This document shows positions 38,825 to 48,679 of a stretch of DNA of 64,000 bases, piece by piece. A program made the position numbers and the translations under genes. Source of the stretch: an uncultured virus (IMG/VR IMGVR_UViG_3300038423_000674) (Duplodnaviria; Heunggongvirae; Uroviricota; Caudoviricetes); the IMG/VR virus record IMGVR_UViG_3300038423_000674. One strand, given 5' to 3'. The notes beneath the pieces are model-generated. The model saw only the letters and a program-made list of their open reading frames with translations, was not told the DNA's origin and did not search any database. Position 1 is the first letter of the stretch, and each line of letters starts with the position of its first letter.

Positions 38825-39046
38825 CTAGTCCTTGACTTTGTCGTTGGGGTCGTGGGAGCCCCCGACGTTCTTGGACTCGCTCAGGACGGCCTCCATGGTC
38901 GACAGGTAGTCGCTGTGATCCTCGAACGCCTGGGGATCCTTGGGGCCTTCCTTGTCGGTCGCCAGCTTGACCCCGACCTTGGCCAGCTCCGACCCGTAGA
39001 GGGAGTTCATCGCCTCCGCGTCGACCTTTGCTATCTTCTTGGACAT
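38825..39046 (-). CDS. small late protein
   Basis: AGGAG RBS; start MSKKIAK; late-type motif upstream. Confidence 0.65.
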   Translation of the reverse strand: MSKKIAKVDAEAMNSLYGSELAKVGVKLATDKEGPKDPQAFEDHSDYLSTMEAVLSESKNVGGSHDPNDKVKD

Positions 39047-39139
39047 TTTGCTCTCCTGTTTCGGCTGCCGGGGCCTCGCGGGCCTGCGCAGCACGGGCAG
39101 TCTTGCCCTATAAAGGGATGCCGTAGACTGGTTTCCACC

Positions 39140-41215
39140 CTATGCCACCGTCACTTGCAGGCTTTGCGTGGCCACGGCGTTCCCCGACGAGTCGTAGGCG
39201 GCGCAATTCAGGGTTATCGTGTCGTGGAAGCCGGACGCCACCTCGTAGGTCCCGGACCCCGTGGTGAAAAGGTTGCCCGTATCCAGGGTGTCGATGCCGT
39301 TCGTGCCGGATATGCGGACCTTGGCCACGTTGACGCTGGTCCAGAGGACGTACACCGGCTGGAGCGGGCTGGCCATGGAGGGGACGGCGGAGAAGCTCGC
39401 CCATGGAGGGAGGTTTACGTCGCCCTCCTCGTCGTAGGACGCCATGACCGCAAAGCCCGGCAGGTCCAGCGGGAAGAGCCCGCTCGCCGTAAGGATGAGC
39501 TGCACGAGGCCGGAACTGCTTCCGGCATGGGTGCCGTCCCCGCCATAGACGGCGGCGAAGAGGTGGCTGTCCACCGCCCAGGGGTGCGCCATGTCCATGA
39601 CGAGCGCGACGACGCCGTCGATCAGGGGGAACGGCCCGAGGTCCCCCATTATGCTGTCGGAAACGTCCACGGTGCCGGCCGGCACGCCGGACGACGACGT
39701 GACGGCAAAGGTGAGGGTGACCTCGTCCCCGAAGAACTGGGGGTTGTAGTCGCTGCTTATGGCAAGGAACGTGGGGTACAGGCTGTCCACTTCCTGCACC
39801 ACGTTTCCCGAGCTTGTGGCGAACGCGCCGTCGCCGTTGTAGGCCGCGCCCATGGTATGGATGCCGATGGACAGGGCGCTCGTGCTGTAGGTTGCGACCC
39901 CGCCCACGAGGCTGAGGGTCTGCGGCGCGATGCTGCCGAGGCTGTCGGTCAGCGTCACCGTCCCGGTGGGGGGGCCGCCGCTACCGGCGACCGTCACGGT
40001 GAGGGTGACGCTGTGCCCGTCTAGGGACGGGGTTTGGCTGGTGCCGACCGTCGTGGTCGTGGGGGTCTTGGCGAGGTATTCCGCTATCCACGCCTGATAG
40101 CCCGTCTGCGTGTTCTCCCCCCCGTGGACCGGGGCGTCCCCGAAGGTCATCGTGAAGGGGGCCTGCCCATCGGTGGCGTGGGCGATCCCGACGCTGCACA
40201 GGAAGGAGCCGGGCACGGCCCTGTCGTAGACGTACCGCAGGGGCGAGTACCCGGTCCCGGAGAGGACAATCGTAGCGCCGTCGCCCGTCAGGGCGCAGAC
40301 GATCCGGACGTCGCTGGTGCCCTGGCTCGCCCCGGAGGCGTCCGTCGAGCCGTAGCTTCCCAGCTCGTACAGCACTTGGGCCGAGGCCGCGACGACGTTC
40401 GCTATCTCCAGGATCAGGATGTGGGTGGTCTGGACCTCGGGCTCCTCCCCCGTGTTGCGGATCGAGACCGTGTAGGCGGCCCCGTCCCCCGGCTGCACGG
40501 TGCGCCTGCCGAACCAGGCCCCCGTCGGGGTGTCGGTGGTGAAGGATTTGACGTTGCTGAACGGGGGCATCGACGCCTGGAGGCCGGTGAGGGTCGTGTA
40601 GCCATAGAGCGGCAACCCGCCGCTTCCGTCGCCCGCATACCTGCCCTCGACGATGAGCAGCAGGTCGTTGCCCGGCGTGGGGGCGGAGGGCAGGTTCAGC
40701 GTGGCGGTCAGGGTGAGGATGTTCCATCCGGTCTGAATCCCGCTGCCGCTAAAGGTCTGGATTACCCCGCCGCTCAACCCGCTGCCTGGGGTGTTGCCTA
40801 CTGTTACGATGGTCTGGCCGCCCGAAAATGCCGCCGATTTCGCGACTTGGTATCCATGGTTCGGGCCGCCGTCGATGGTGAAGGCCTCGCCGCCCTGTGC
40901 ATAGGCGTTGACGGAGGCGAGATAGTCGACGCAGTCGCCCGTTATGGTGAAGGTCTTGGCCCCCACGTCGACGGCGACGATGGGATAGTTGGGGACGCTG
41001 ATCGAAAGGCTTCCCGCGGAGTAGGCCGTCACGATGCCGTCCATGTAGATGCTGGAGTCGGCGGCAAGGCTCATCCGCACCCATTGGCCGGGCACGTAGG
41101 CGACGGAGCCCGAGGTCGTAAAGGTGAAGTTGCCCGCCCCCATCACGACGCCGGACGAGGAAGTGTCGGGAACTCCGAGCCTGTAGTATGCCTGTTGTAC
41201 GATGGATGCCAGCAT
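39140..41215 (-). CDS. virion protein with Ig-like (Big_3) domains
   Basis: Two repeats of the type SVTLTVTV...PTGTVT...Y.GDG...SSS. Confidence 0.75.
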   Translation of the reverse strand: MLASIVQQAYYRLGVPDTSSSGVVMGAGNFTFTTSGSVAYVPGQWVRMSLAADSSIYMDGIVTAYSAGSLSISVPNYPIVAVDVGAKTFTITGDCVDYLASVNAYAQGGEAFTIDGGPNHGYQVAKSAAFSGGQTIVTVGNTPGSGLSGGVIQTFSGSGIQTGWNILTLTATLNLPSAPTPGNDLLLIVEGRYAGDGSGGLPLYGYTTLTGLQASMPPFSNVKSFTTDTPTGAWFGRRTVQPGDGAAYTVSIRNTGEEPEVQTTHILILEIANVVAASAQVLYELGSYGSTDASGASQGTSDVRIVCALTGDGATIVLSGTGYSPLRYVYDRAVPGSFLCSVGIAHATDGQAPFTMTFGDAPVHGGENTQTGYQAWIAEYLAKTPTTTTVGTSQTPSLDGHSVTLTVTVAGSGGPPTGTVTLTDSLGSIAPQTLSLVGGVATYSTSALSIGIHTMGAAYNGDGAFATSSGNVVQEVDSLYPTFLAISSDYNPQFFGDEVTLTFAVTSSSGVPAGTVDVSDSIMGDLGPFPLIDGVVALVMDMAHPWAVDSHLFAAVYGGDGTHAGSSSGLVQLILTASGLFPLDLPGFAVMASYDEEGDVNLPPWASFSAVPSMASPLQPVYVLWTSVNVAKVRISGTNGIDTLDTGNLFTTGSGTYEVASGFHDTITLNCAAYDSSGNAVATQSLQVTVA

Positions 41216-41222
41216 ATCCCCC

Positions 41223-41513
41223 CTACCCTATCGCCACGCCATACTGGAACGGCGGGTCCGGCATGTGGTGGATGACCTGGATTACCCCCCGGAGGTTTAT
41301 CGGCCTGTCCGTGAACAGGAGGTACCGGTTGTTTATCCTGTCGAAGAACCAGGCGGAGACGGGGACGGGGAGCCCGTCCACGTACACCTCCAGGTCCACG
41401 GACGGGTCGAACGCCTCAGGCGGGCTCGTGGGGCGGACGAGCGGGCCCACCCAGTCCCCCAGGAGGAGCTGTATGCGGTTGGGGTACGGCCCGTTGGTCT
41501 GCACGGTTATCAT
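41223..41513 (-). CDS. small virion-associated protein
   Basis: 96 aa, tightly packed in the structural operon. Confidence 0.6.
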   Translation of the reverse strand: MITVQTNGPYPNRIQLLLGDWVGPLVRPTSPPEAFDPSVDLEVYVDGLPVPVSAWFFDRINNRYLLFTDRPINLRGVIQVIHHMPDPPFQYGVAIG

Positions 41514-41517
41514 CTAC

Positions 41518-43284
41518 TTAGTCCCCGTAGGCCTGGGCGGCGTGCCAGACCCCCTCGAATCCTTCCTCGGTGGTGGCGCTCTCCTTGCGGTCCTCGCCCC
41601 GCTCCCCCGACATCAGCGTCAGGGTGGAGTCCCTCACCTTCCCGCCCTCGAACCTCACCGTGAGGGAAATCTTCCCGTCGTGCCGGGAATAGATGGCATA
41701 GTCGTCGTGCCTGGCCTCTTCCTGGAACGAGCGGCGCTCCATGAGGTCGGCGACCTCCTGCGGGGTGCCCATGGCGTCCTTCCCCGACGAGGAGGCCCCC
41801 ACGATGCCTACCAGCGACGCCTCCAAGCTCGTACGCCTATTCTTGAGCCTTTCCCGTGCCCCGACCCCTGCCGGGGCCCGGGAGGACGCCTTTCGGGGGG
41901 CGTGGGCCTCCTGGTGCTCCTTGAACTTCCAGGGGAGGTTCGTCCTGAACCCGTCGTAGGGGCAGACGTAGCGGTATCCTGGCTTCTTGCCCTTCTGCAG
42001 CTTCCTTTCCTCCCGCCTGACCAGGTCGCGCAGGCTCGGCTGGGCCGGTGCGGCGGGTGCCGGAGGGGGGGCGGGAGGCCTTGCCGTGGCGGGCTCGTCC
42101 CTCTTGATGACCTTTGCCTCCTCCGGCCCGGCTGCCGGGGGCGCAGGCGCGGGTGCGGGGGTCGCCGGAGGGGGCGCGGGGGCCGGGGCTGGCGGGACAG
42201 GGGGGGCCTCCTCCTCCTGGAGGCGCTTGCCCTCCCTCTCGACCAGCTCGTCGATCATCGCCTTCTGCTTCTCCTCGTCCTTGGTCCTGACGATCTTCTC
42301 TATCTGCTTCTTCCTCCAGAGCTCCTCCTGCCTCTCCTTCAGGCGCTTGCCCTTCTCGGTCGGGGGCTTCTGCTCCATGCGCTCCCTCTGCTGGCGCACC
42401 TCGCGCTCCCTGACGATGTTGACGATGTTGTGTTGCACGGCCGGCAGGATGCGCTCGAACACCGCCTTGACGTGCTTACAGATGACGAAGTTGTTCCGCA
42501 GATCCAGCCTCTGCGTCGGGGCCTGGAGGAGGGGGCGCGGCTGCCCCTGGAGCCCGTCCCGCTGGTGGAGGTTCCACTGCGCCCCCCAGTAGAGGAAGGC
42601 GGGGCAACTGCACGAGCACCGGACGTCGAGGCGCTTGGCGTCCTGGGTCTTCTCGACCTGCGAGAGGTCGAACTGCACCTGCACGTCGTGCCCGGCGGGG
42701 TCGCTGTAGTTCTCATGACAGACGACCTTGTACTCCAAATAAAGGTCCTTGGGCCGGGACTTCTTGAGGGTGGGATTGCATCCCGCCCGCCGCTTGACCG
42801 AGAACGCGTTGGTTTGCCGGATGAGCTCGGGGAGGCTGATCGCCACCTTGGTGTAGGGCGGGCGGAGGACCAGGACCGGTATGGTGACCCATATCCTGGA
42901 GCCCATCTTACGAAAGTCCGGCCTTTCTACGACCCTGAATTTCTCCTTCAATTCCTCGACGTTCCCGCTTATGGCAAACGTGCCAAACTTGCTCAGGGTG
43001 TCTTCCCATGTCGGATTGTCGGGGGATTCCTCGGTCTCGTTGTAGGCCAGCCAGTCGGGTTCGAGTGTGACCGATCCGGCCCTTAGGTCGGAAAACTTGA
43101 TTTCGAGCACGATGGGCTCGGGCTTCCGCCCTTCGTGTTCGTCATGCCTTGCGGTTTCGAGCGCAAAATAAAGGGCCTCCTCGGAATTGGAGGTAAGGAA
43201 CAAGGTGCCTTCGGGGATATGCCGCTCCCAGGAACGTACGGAAGTGCCGTGGTACATGACTGTCGGCGGGCGGGAAAAGGCCAT
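41518..43284 (-). CDS. multidomain protein: ART-like N-domain, SWIM zinc finger, Pro/Ala linker, C2H2-like finger
   Basis: MYHGTS...LFLTS...LEI; VRCSCSCPAFLYWG...CKHV; YVCPYDGF...EHQEAH. Confidence 0.7.
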   Translation of the reverse strand: MAFSRPPTVMYHGTSVRSWERHIPEGTLFLTSNSEEALYFALETARHDEHEGRKPEPIVLEIKFSDLRAGSVTLEPDWLAYNETEESPDNPTWEDTLSKFGTFAISGNVEELKEKFRVVERPDFRKMGSRIWVTIPVLVLRPPYTKVAISLPELIRQTNAFSVKRRAGCNPTLKKSRPKDLYLEYKVVCHENYSDPAGHDVQVQFDLSQVEKTQDAKRLDVRCSCSCPAFLYWGAQWNLHQRDGLQGQPRPLLQAPTQRLDLRNNFVICKHVKAVFERILPAVQHNIVNIVREREVRQQRERMEQKPPTEKGKRLKERQEELWRKKQIEKIVRTKDEEKQKAMIDELVEREGKRLQEEEAPPVPPAPAPAPPPATPAPAPAPPAAGPEEAKVIKRDEPATARPPAPPPAPAAPAQPSLRDLVRREERKLQKGKKPGYRYVCPYDGFRTNLPWKFKEHQEAHAPRKASSRAPAGVGARERLKNRRTSLEASLVGIVGASSSGKDAMGTPQEVADLMERRSFQEEARHDDYAIYSRHDGKISLTVRFEGGKVRDSTLTLMSGERGEDRKESATTEEGFEGVWHAAQAYGD

Positions 43285-43296
43285 AGACTCCCTCAA

Positions 43297-43776
43297 TTAG
43301 GAGTCGGCTAGATGGCTTTGTTCCGGTTCATCGGCTCGTCCGGAGGACTGGGAGGGCGGCCCCTTGGGGGAACGGACGGGATCGTCTATCCTGGCCTGCC
43401 TCGGCTCCTCTTCCTTCTTCCGCTTCTTGCCTTCCTTGGGGGGCTCCTTGGCGGGAAGGTCGGCGGGGGGCTTCTCGTCCCTTGCCGCCACGGGAGGCTG
43501 GGGGACCACCCCCACGTAGGAAGGGAGATGGAGGGTCCGTTCGGGGACGTCCTTCGCCTTCTCGGGCTGCGGGGCCCTGACCTCCACGATGAACCCGCTC
43601 TTCACGAACGCCTCGACGGCCAGGGGATCCTGCTTGAGCACCTTGAGGAGCTGCCCGTTGCGGTAGACGGCGAGGGAGTTCCCGTGCTGGGCGTCGTACG
43701 ACAGCAGGTCGCCGGGCCGGACGTAGAACTTGGACTTCTCGAAATTGACGGTCGTGTTGACGAAGTAGGATTTCAC
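43297..43776 (-). CDS. late protein downstream of the capsid gene
   Basis: GTG start; late-type motif upstream; charged low-complexity tail. Confidence 0.6.
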   Translation of the reverse strand: MKSYFVNTTVNFEKSKFYVRPGDLLSYDAQHGNSLAVYRNGQLLKVLKQDPLAVEAFVKSGFIVEVRAPQPEKAKDVPERTLHLPSYVGVVPQPPVAARDEKPPADLPAKEPPKEGKKRKKEEEPRQARIDDPVRSPKGPPSQSSGRADEPEQSHLADS

Positions 43777-43847
43777 TCTTGCCCCCCATAGAAGGACGGG
43801 ATAGTGCCCGACGACTGCTAATACCCGAAATTGCGGTATTTGGGGGC

Positions 43848-44414
43848 ATGAACAGCTTCATGGTCGGGACGTCCGGGGACGCCGTGGGCGGCCTGCTCGA
43901 CCTGGTCGGGGCCCCCTCCCCCGTCGTGGACGTCACCTACGGCAACGGGACATTCTGGAAGGGCAGCTCCCGCAGGGTGCTGGGAGGGGACATAAACCCC
44001 TTGCGGGCCAAGGACTTCGTGGCCGACTTCCTGCGCCTGCCGTTCGCGGACGGAAGCATACCGACGGTGGTCTTCGACCCACCGTTCCACCCGGACGTGG
44101 GGACCGCCGAGGATGCCCGTTTCAGCACGATGGGACGGAACGACGCGGAGATGAAGGAGCGCTTCATCGCCGGGACCAAAGAGTGCTGGCGCGTCACGAA
44201 GGCATTCCTGCTGGTGAAGTGCCAGGGGTTCGTCCACAACCACAAGCCGCAATGGATGCCCCTGTGGGCCATCTCGGTATGCGGGGAGCCGTTCGAGTGG
44301 CTCATAGTGGGACGGGCGCAGAAGCGCATCAGCGGACGATGGGTGTCCAACAACTCCCTGCGGAGGAACCACGCGGACTACCTGCTTTTCAGCAGGAAGG
44401 GCAACCTCAGGTAG
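43848..44414 (+). CDS. small DNA adenine methyltransferase-like protein
   Basis: VDVTYGNGTFW, ADFLRLPFADGS, VVFDPPF. Confidence 0.7.
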   Translation: MNSFMVGTSGDAVGGLLDLVGAPSPVVDVTYGNGTFWKGSSRRVLGGDINPLRAKDFVADFLRLPFADGSIPTVVFDPPFHPDVGTAEDARFSTMGRNDAEMKERFIAGTKECWRVTKAFLLVKCQGFVHNHKPQWMPLWAISVCGEPFEWLIVGRAQKRISGRWVSNNSLRRNHADYLLFSRKGNLR

Positions 44415-44547
44415 GACCGGCGAATGTCCGGATAACCGTAACGAAAAGTTACATGTCGGCCTATCAGGCCATTTATCGGGCCAAATGTCCGGATAAGTGG
44501 GGAAAAAAGGCCGAAAGGGCCTATGCGGACATGCCTGCCCATGCAGA

Positions 44548-44584
44548 CAAAGAAATGCGAGGGCCCAAGGAGGGCCCTCGCATT
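44548..44584 (-). terminator. terminator after the major capsid gene
   Basis: 13-bp stem AATGCGAGGGCCC/GGGCCCTCGCATT followed by a T-rich stretch on the - strand. Confidence 0.75.
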
Positions 44585-44606
44585 GAGGCTTGCCAAGCGG
44601 CTAGTT

Positions 44607-45608
44607 CTAGTTCTCGCCGACGTTCTGGTTGGCGACGAACGCTTCGTACCTGCCGTTGATGGTCAGGCGCTGGACGCCTGACGGGTTGAAGACCAGGAAG
44701 CCGAGGTTCTCGAAGATCGAGAAGCCGATCTGGCGCAGGTCGGGACGGTCGGCGGACATGACGGTCAGCGGGATGCGCTCCGGGATGACGCCCAGGAACT
44801 CGGCGTCCGCCAGGATGTACACGCAGCCGTAACCGACCTTACGGGACTGGAGGAGCGTGGCCCCCCACAGATAGCCCATCACTCCTGTTTTGAGCAGTTT
44901 GCGCTGGGTTTCCCTGTCAATATTCTGCTGGGTCCATTTGAGCAGGTCGACGTAGTCCCTCGGGTTGAAGAAGCAGAACGCGACCGAGAGGTCGTGCCGT
45001 TGCACCTGCCCGAAGCCGTCCGCCATCGAGTTGAGGTCGATGGGGGCGTTGATGGCGATGTCGCCGTTGTAGATGGGGTCGAACGTGCCGCTTCCACTCC
45101 TCGCTTGGTTGTCCGCGGCCACTGCCGTGTTCGCGGAGGCTGCTACGGCGTCGAACAAGCCGAACACGTAGCCGTCCTCGGCGGCCCCAACCTCGGCCTT
45201 CGCCAGGTTAAGGGCACGGGCGACCAAATCGAACCGACGCTCCTTGATCTGGGAGATCGGGATCATCGGGTTGGAAACGATTTCGAAAGTGGGCACCGTG
45301 ACCCTCTTGGGCTTGGTGACCCTGACGATATCCCCGCCCTCCTCGCCCACGACGAAGGCTTCGACGAAGGACCCACCGGGGGTGGAGCCCACGGTCTGGG
45401 CCGCGGTGTCGAATTCCTTGTCGTAGATGGGCAGAGCGCCGTCCGGCAGCGTTTCGACCATGAGCGCCTTGCGTGCGATGCTCATGTAGTCACGCCGCCT
45501 GCGGAGAGACGGTCCGAGCGAGGCGGCCAGCTTCTGGCGGCCTCCTGCGGTCTTCAGCAACTGACCGATCATAGCGGTCTGCTGCTGTGTGCGGCTGAGG
45601 TTTGCCAT
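44607..45608 (-). CDS. major capsid protein (HK97 fold likely)
   Basis: 333 aa; follows protease, scaffold and decoration genes; followed by a terminator; DYMSIARKALMVE.LPDGALPIYDK, AEDGYVF. Confidence 0.8.
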   Translation of the reverse strand: MANLSRTQQQTAMIGQLLKTAGGRQKLAASLGPSLRRRRDYMSIARKALMVETLPDGALPIYDKEFDTAAQTVGSTPGGSFVEAFVVGEEGGDIVRVTKPKRVTVPTFEIVSNPMIPISQIKERRFDLVARALNLAKAEVGAAEDGYVFGLFDAVAASANTAVAADNQARSGSGTFDPIYNGDIAINAPIDLNSMADGFGQVQRHDLSVAFCFFNPRDYVDLLKWTQQNIDRETQRKLLKTGVMGYLWGATLLQSRKVGYGCVYILADAEFLGVIPERIPLTVMSADRPDLRQIGFSIFENLGFLVFNPSGVQRLTINGRYEAFVANQNVGEN

Positions 45609-45667
45609 GGTGATTCTCCTTGAACTTTCCTTTCAGGTGGTCCCCCCGAAGGAGGATTCCTTTTCCT

Positions 45668-46225
45668 CTACAGCAGAGAGGCTACGCCGAGCCAGGGCTC
45701 GGAGGTTGACGGAATGTGGGTGCAAATGCCCACGGGAAGCTTCCCGGCCTCGATGGCCGTAACTAGGGTGTTGGTGTTGAGCCGGGCGACCAGGGTGTAC
45801 TTCCCGATGATCGTGTTGGTCGTCCCGCCGCAGAACAGGAAGGCACCGAGCGAGCCGGTCCAGGTTGCGCCCGTGTCGTAGGCTTCGTTGTTGACGTTGC
45901 CCTGCCACAGGGCACGGACGACGGGGGCCTTCTTCGACCCTGCGGGGCCGATCGCGCCGGAGAATTCTCCGGGGCCGTTGAGCAGCGTCGCGAACGGGGC
46001 TTTGGATTCGCTGTCGCACGGATAGATGACGGACTCCGTGTTGGAAGCCTCACCATAGGCATCGTTGCCCCTGTCTCCAGGTGCTCCGATTGTCATGATT
46101 TTGCCCCCCAGGTACCCGGCCGCGGTGAGCGTGGCCTGGTCGGTCCCCGGGTCGCCGGTCAAGGTTACGTCCGGCACGCAGTTGACGCTGTCGTTTTGTC
46201 CGTAATATACCAATTTCAAGGACAT
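45668..46225 (-). CDS. capsid decoration/cement protein
   Basis: Immediately upstream of the MCP; ends PVGICTHIP..SEPWLGV. Confidence 0.65.
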   Translation of the reverse strand: MSLKLVYYGQNDSVNCVPDVTLTGDPGTDQATLTAAGYLGGKIMTIGAPGDRGNDAYGEASNTESVIYPCDSESKAPFATLLNGPGEFSGAIGPAGSKKAPVVRALWQGNVNNEAYDTGATWTGSLGAFLFCGGTTNTIIGKYTLVARLNTNTLVTAIEAGKLPVGICTHIPSTSEPWLGVASLL

Positions 46226-46495
46226 TGGACATCTCCAATTTCAGGAATGGTTGGATTGTGCCTTGGCCAGTCCTCAGTCCATGGAGGGACGGCGGGACTT
46301 TAGCCTCGGCACCCATTCAGTATATGGAGTCCGTAGTCGAAAAACCTTGTGGCCAGGGGATGCGGGGGGCATTTTGCCGAGGAAAGACGCCTGGAACGGC
46401 GGCTGGACGGGTCCTCGCGACGCCATAAAAGCGTATCCCCTCCGGGACCCTTGCGGCTCCCGGAAGGGAATTAAGGCACGCTCGCGAAGCGTACG

Positions 46496-48679
46496 CTATC
46501 CTTCGAAATCGTCGGCGAACAGGGCCGCGGCCACGTTGATGCGCGGCGGCTCCTTGTCGGAGGCGATGACCGGCTTGATTCTCTTCAGGGTCGGGGGCGC
46601 TGCCGGTGCGGCGGCCTTCTTCTCCCCCTCCTTGGCGGAAGCCTCCTTCGGGGGCTTCAGTTCGTTGGTCGCGTCCTGCGGGGTCCGCTTGGCCCCCTGC
46701 TCCTCGGGCTTCCCATCCGGTATCACCTCGGCCCAGAGGTCGTCCTCGTGGTCGCTGGAGGTATTGCGGGTCTCCTTGGGGGCCTCGTTCTGTTCGAAGT
46801 GCTTTGCCGCCTCCCCAGTGTAGCTGGGAACGACGCTGATCCCCGCCACTTCGGCGGCGGACTTGACCGTCATCAGGGCGGCCAATGGGTCGTCGTCCGA
46901 TCCCTGCCTGTTGAACATGTCGCTGATGGTGCCCATGCCGTCGCCGTCCTCCAGCGAGGCCTCCATCTCGGCGGCCGCGGACGGGGCGAAGAAGTCCGTC
47001 CCCCCGGGATCGCCTTCGTTGGCCAGGGCGGCGGCCTTCTCTCCCATCTCCTCGTCGTTGAAGATTTCCTCCAGCTTGAGCTCCTGGCCCTCGCCTTCGG
47101 GCAGTCCGGCCTCAAGCTCGTCGCCCTCGTTCTCGACGACGCCCTTGGGGACCTCCTCGCCTTCTTTTTCTTCCTTCTCGACGGCTTCCTCAAGCTGGTG
47201 GATTTCGTCCGCCAGCTCGTCGGCCTTCTCCCCGAGGTCCTTGATCTTCTCCTCCGTCACCATCTCGGCGGCGGGGGCTTCCGGCCCGGGCCCGGGAAGG
47301 CCTGCGTCGCCGGCCGGCGGCGCTTCGACCGGTGGGGCGGCCTCGGTTGGCGGGGCGGTACCTGCTGGCGGGGCGGCATCCTCCCCGTGGAGCCCTGCAT
47401 CGGGGTCGTCCGCCTTCTTGGCGTTGGCTTCCTTGGAGCACTTCGGGCACGGCTTGCCAGGCTTGCACTCGGCACATGCCGCCGCCTTCTTCCCGGAGGC
47501 GGACTTGCCTTCCGACAGGTCCACGGTGTCGCCGGGACGTTCCCCGGCCCCGGGGCGCTCCCCGGCCTTGGAGGCGTCGAGCTCCTTCGGCTCGCTGTGC
47601 GTCCCTCCCCCGCATCCGCGACCGTCGTTGTAGGTCGGCGTCTGGGGTCCGGCGTCCTTGCGGTCGTCGGCCGTCTTCTCGGCGGGGGCGGCGTTCTTCG
47701 CCTCGCCCCGGACCTCAGCCTTGACGGCGCTCTTTTCCTTCGCGAGGACTTCGGGCTTCTCAAGTAGGTCGTTCATCTCGACCTTGTGGACCTCCTTGAG
47801 CGTTTCCGCCACCTTGGTGTAGTGGGCGTTGATCGCCGTCTGGCGCAGGGCCGCCTTGAGCGCGCAGGTCTTGTTCTGGAGCAGCGACGCCGCGAACGTT
47901 TGCTGCGTTTCGGGCGGGGCCCCCGGCAGCATCGTCTTGGCGATGGTCCAGGCGCAGGCGACGCGGGTCTTGGCCTCCCGGGTGATCGCCTCCCTGCTGA
48001 CCTTCATCTCGGCGAGCTTTTCCTTCAGCGAAGACTTCTTTTCATTTGCCATGGCTCTTCCTCTCTGCTTCGTCCCCTTTTCGGGCGGACAATTTCCCTT
48101 CTTATCTTGAGTTTGGTAGTTGCTTTCCTTGCTGGCCTGCACCGGCTCCCCCGCTAGGGAGGCGGACGGTGCCCCTGCCGGGGCGGGCGGGGGCGCTTCA
48201 GACGGGGGCGCGGCCCCCGCCGATGGTTCGCTTGGCGATGCCCCTTCCGGGGGGGTTTCGGGAGGGACTCCCTCCCCCTCGGCCGGGGGCGCTTCCGGCA
48301 CGTCTGGCTTGGCTCCCGCAGGCGCGGGCGGCGTTTCGGGGACCAGGTTCCCGCCAGCCTCCACCAGGTCCGTGCCCTTGCCGGTGGCGATGTTCCCTAT
48401 CTCCTCGTCCAGTCCGTCCAGCTCGGACTTCAGCTCGTCCGACCAGTTCTGGCTCTCCTTGAACCTCTCCCACGCGGTGAGGAGGTCCACCTTCTCTTTC
48501 ATGGCCCGGATTTCCTGCTCGATCTCCCCCCGCTTCTCGGCGAGGTAGTCGAACGTCTTCTCCCCCTCCCCCTCGGGGAGGGACATGTCCAGGCTCTTGA
48601 TTTCGTTGTCCAGCTCGCCGAGCTCGGCGAGCTTGCGCCTGTAGGTTGCAATGATCGTATCGGCCTTTGGCTTTGCCAT
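46496..48679 (-). CDS. scaffold-like protein; internal start at 48052
   Basis: Acidic coiled-coil and Pro/Ala-rich; lies between protease and capsid genes; ends AAALFADDFEG. Confidence 0.7.
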   Translation of the reverse strand: MAKPKADTIIATYRRKLAELGELDNEIKSLDMSLPEGEGEKTFDYLAEKRGEIEQEIRAMKEKVDLLTAWERFKESQNWSDELKSELDGLDEEIGNIATGKGTDLVEAGGNLVPETPPAPAGAKPDVPEAPPAEGEGVPPETPPEGASPSEPSAGAAPPSEAPPPAPAGAPSASLAGEPVQASKESNYQTQDKKGNCPPEKGTKQRGRAMANEKKSSLKEKLAEMKVSREAITREAKTRVACAWTIAKTMLPGAPPETQQTFAASLLQNKTCALKAALRQTAINAHYTKVAETLKEVHKVEMNDLLEKPEVLAKEKSAVKAEVRGEAKNAAPAEKTADDRKDAGPQTPTYNDGRGCGGGTHSEPKELDASKAGERPGAGERPGDTVDLSEGKSASGKKAAACAECKPGKPCPKCSKEANAKKADDPDAGLHGEDAAPPAGTAPPTEAAPPVEAPPAGDAGLPGPGPEAPAAEMVTEEKIKDLGEKADELADEIHQLEEAVEKEEKEGEEVPKGVVENEGDELEAGLPEGEGQELKLEEIFNDEEMGEKAAALANEGDPGGTDFFAPSAAAEMEASLEDGDGMGTISDMFNRQGSDDDPLAALMTVKSAAEVAGISVVPSYTGEAAKHFEQNEAPKETRNTSSDHEDDLWAEVIPDGKPEEQGAKRTPQDATNELKPPKEASAKEGEKKAAAPAAPPTLKRIKPVIASDKEPPRINVAAALFADDFEG

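Noticed and set aside
37049..40024. 991-aa + strand ORF
   Set aside because: Antisense shadow across several real - strand genes.
44423..44496. 13-bp direct repeat AATGTCCGGATAA (two copies) around a small hairpin
   Set aside because: Only two copies in a short intergenic gap; no supportable function.
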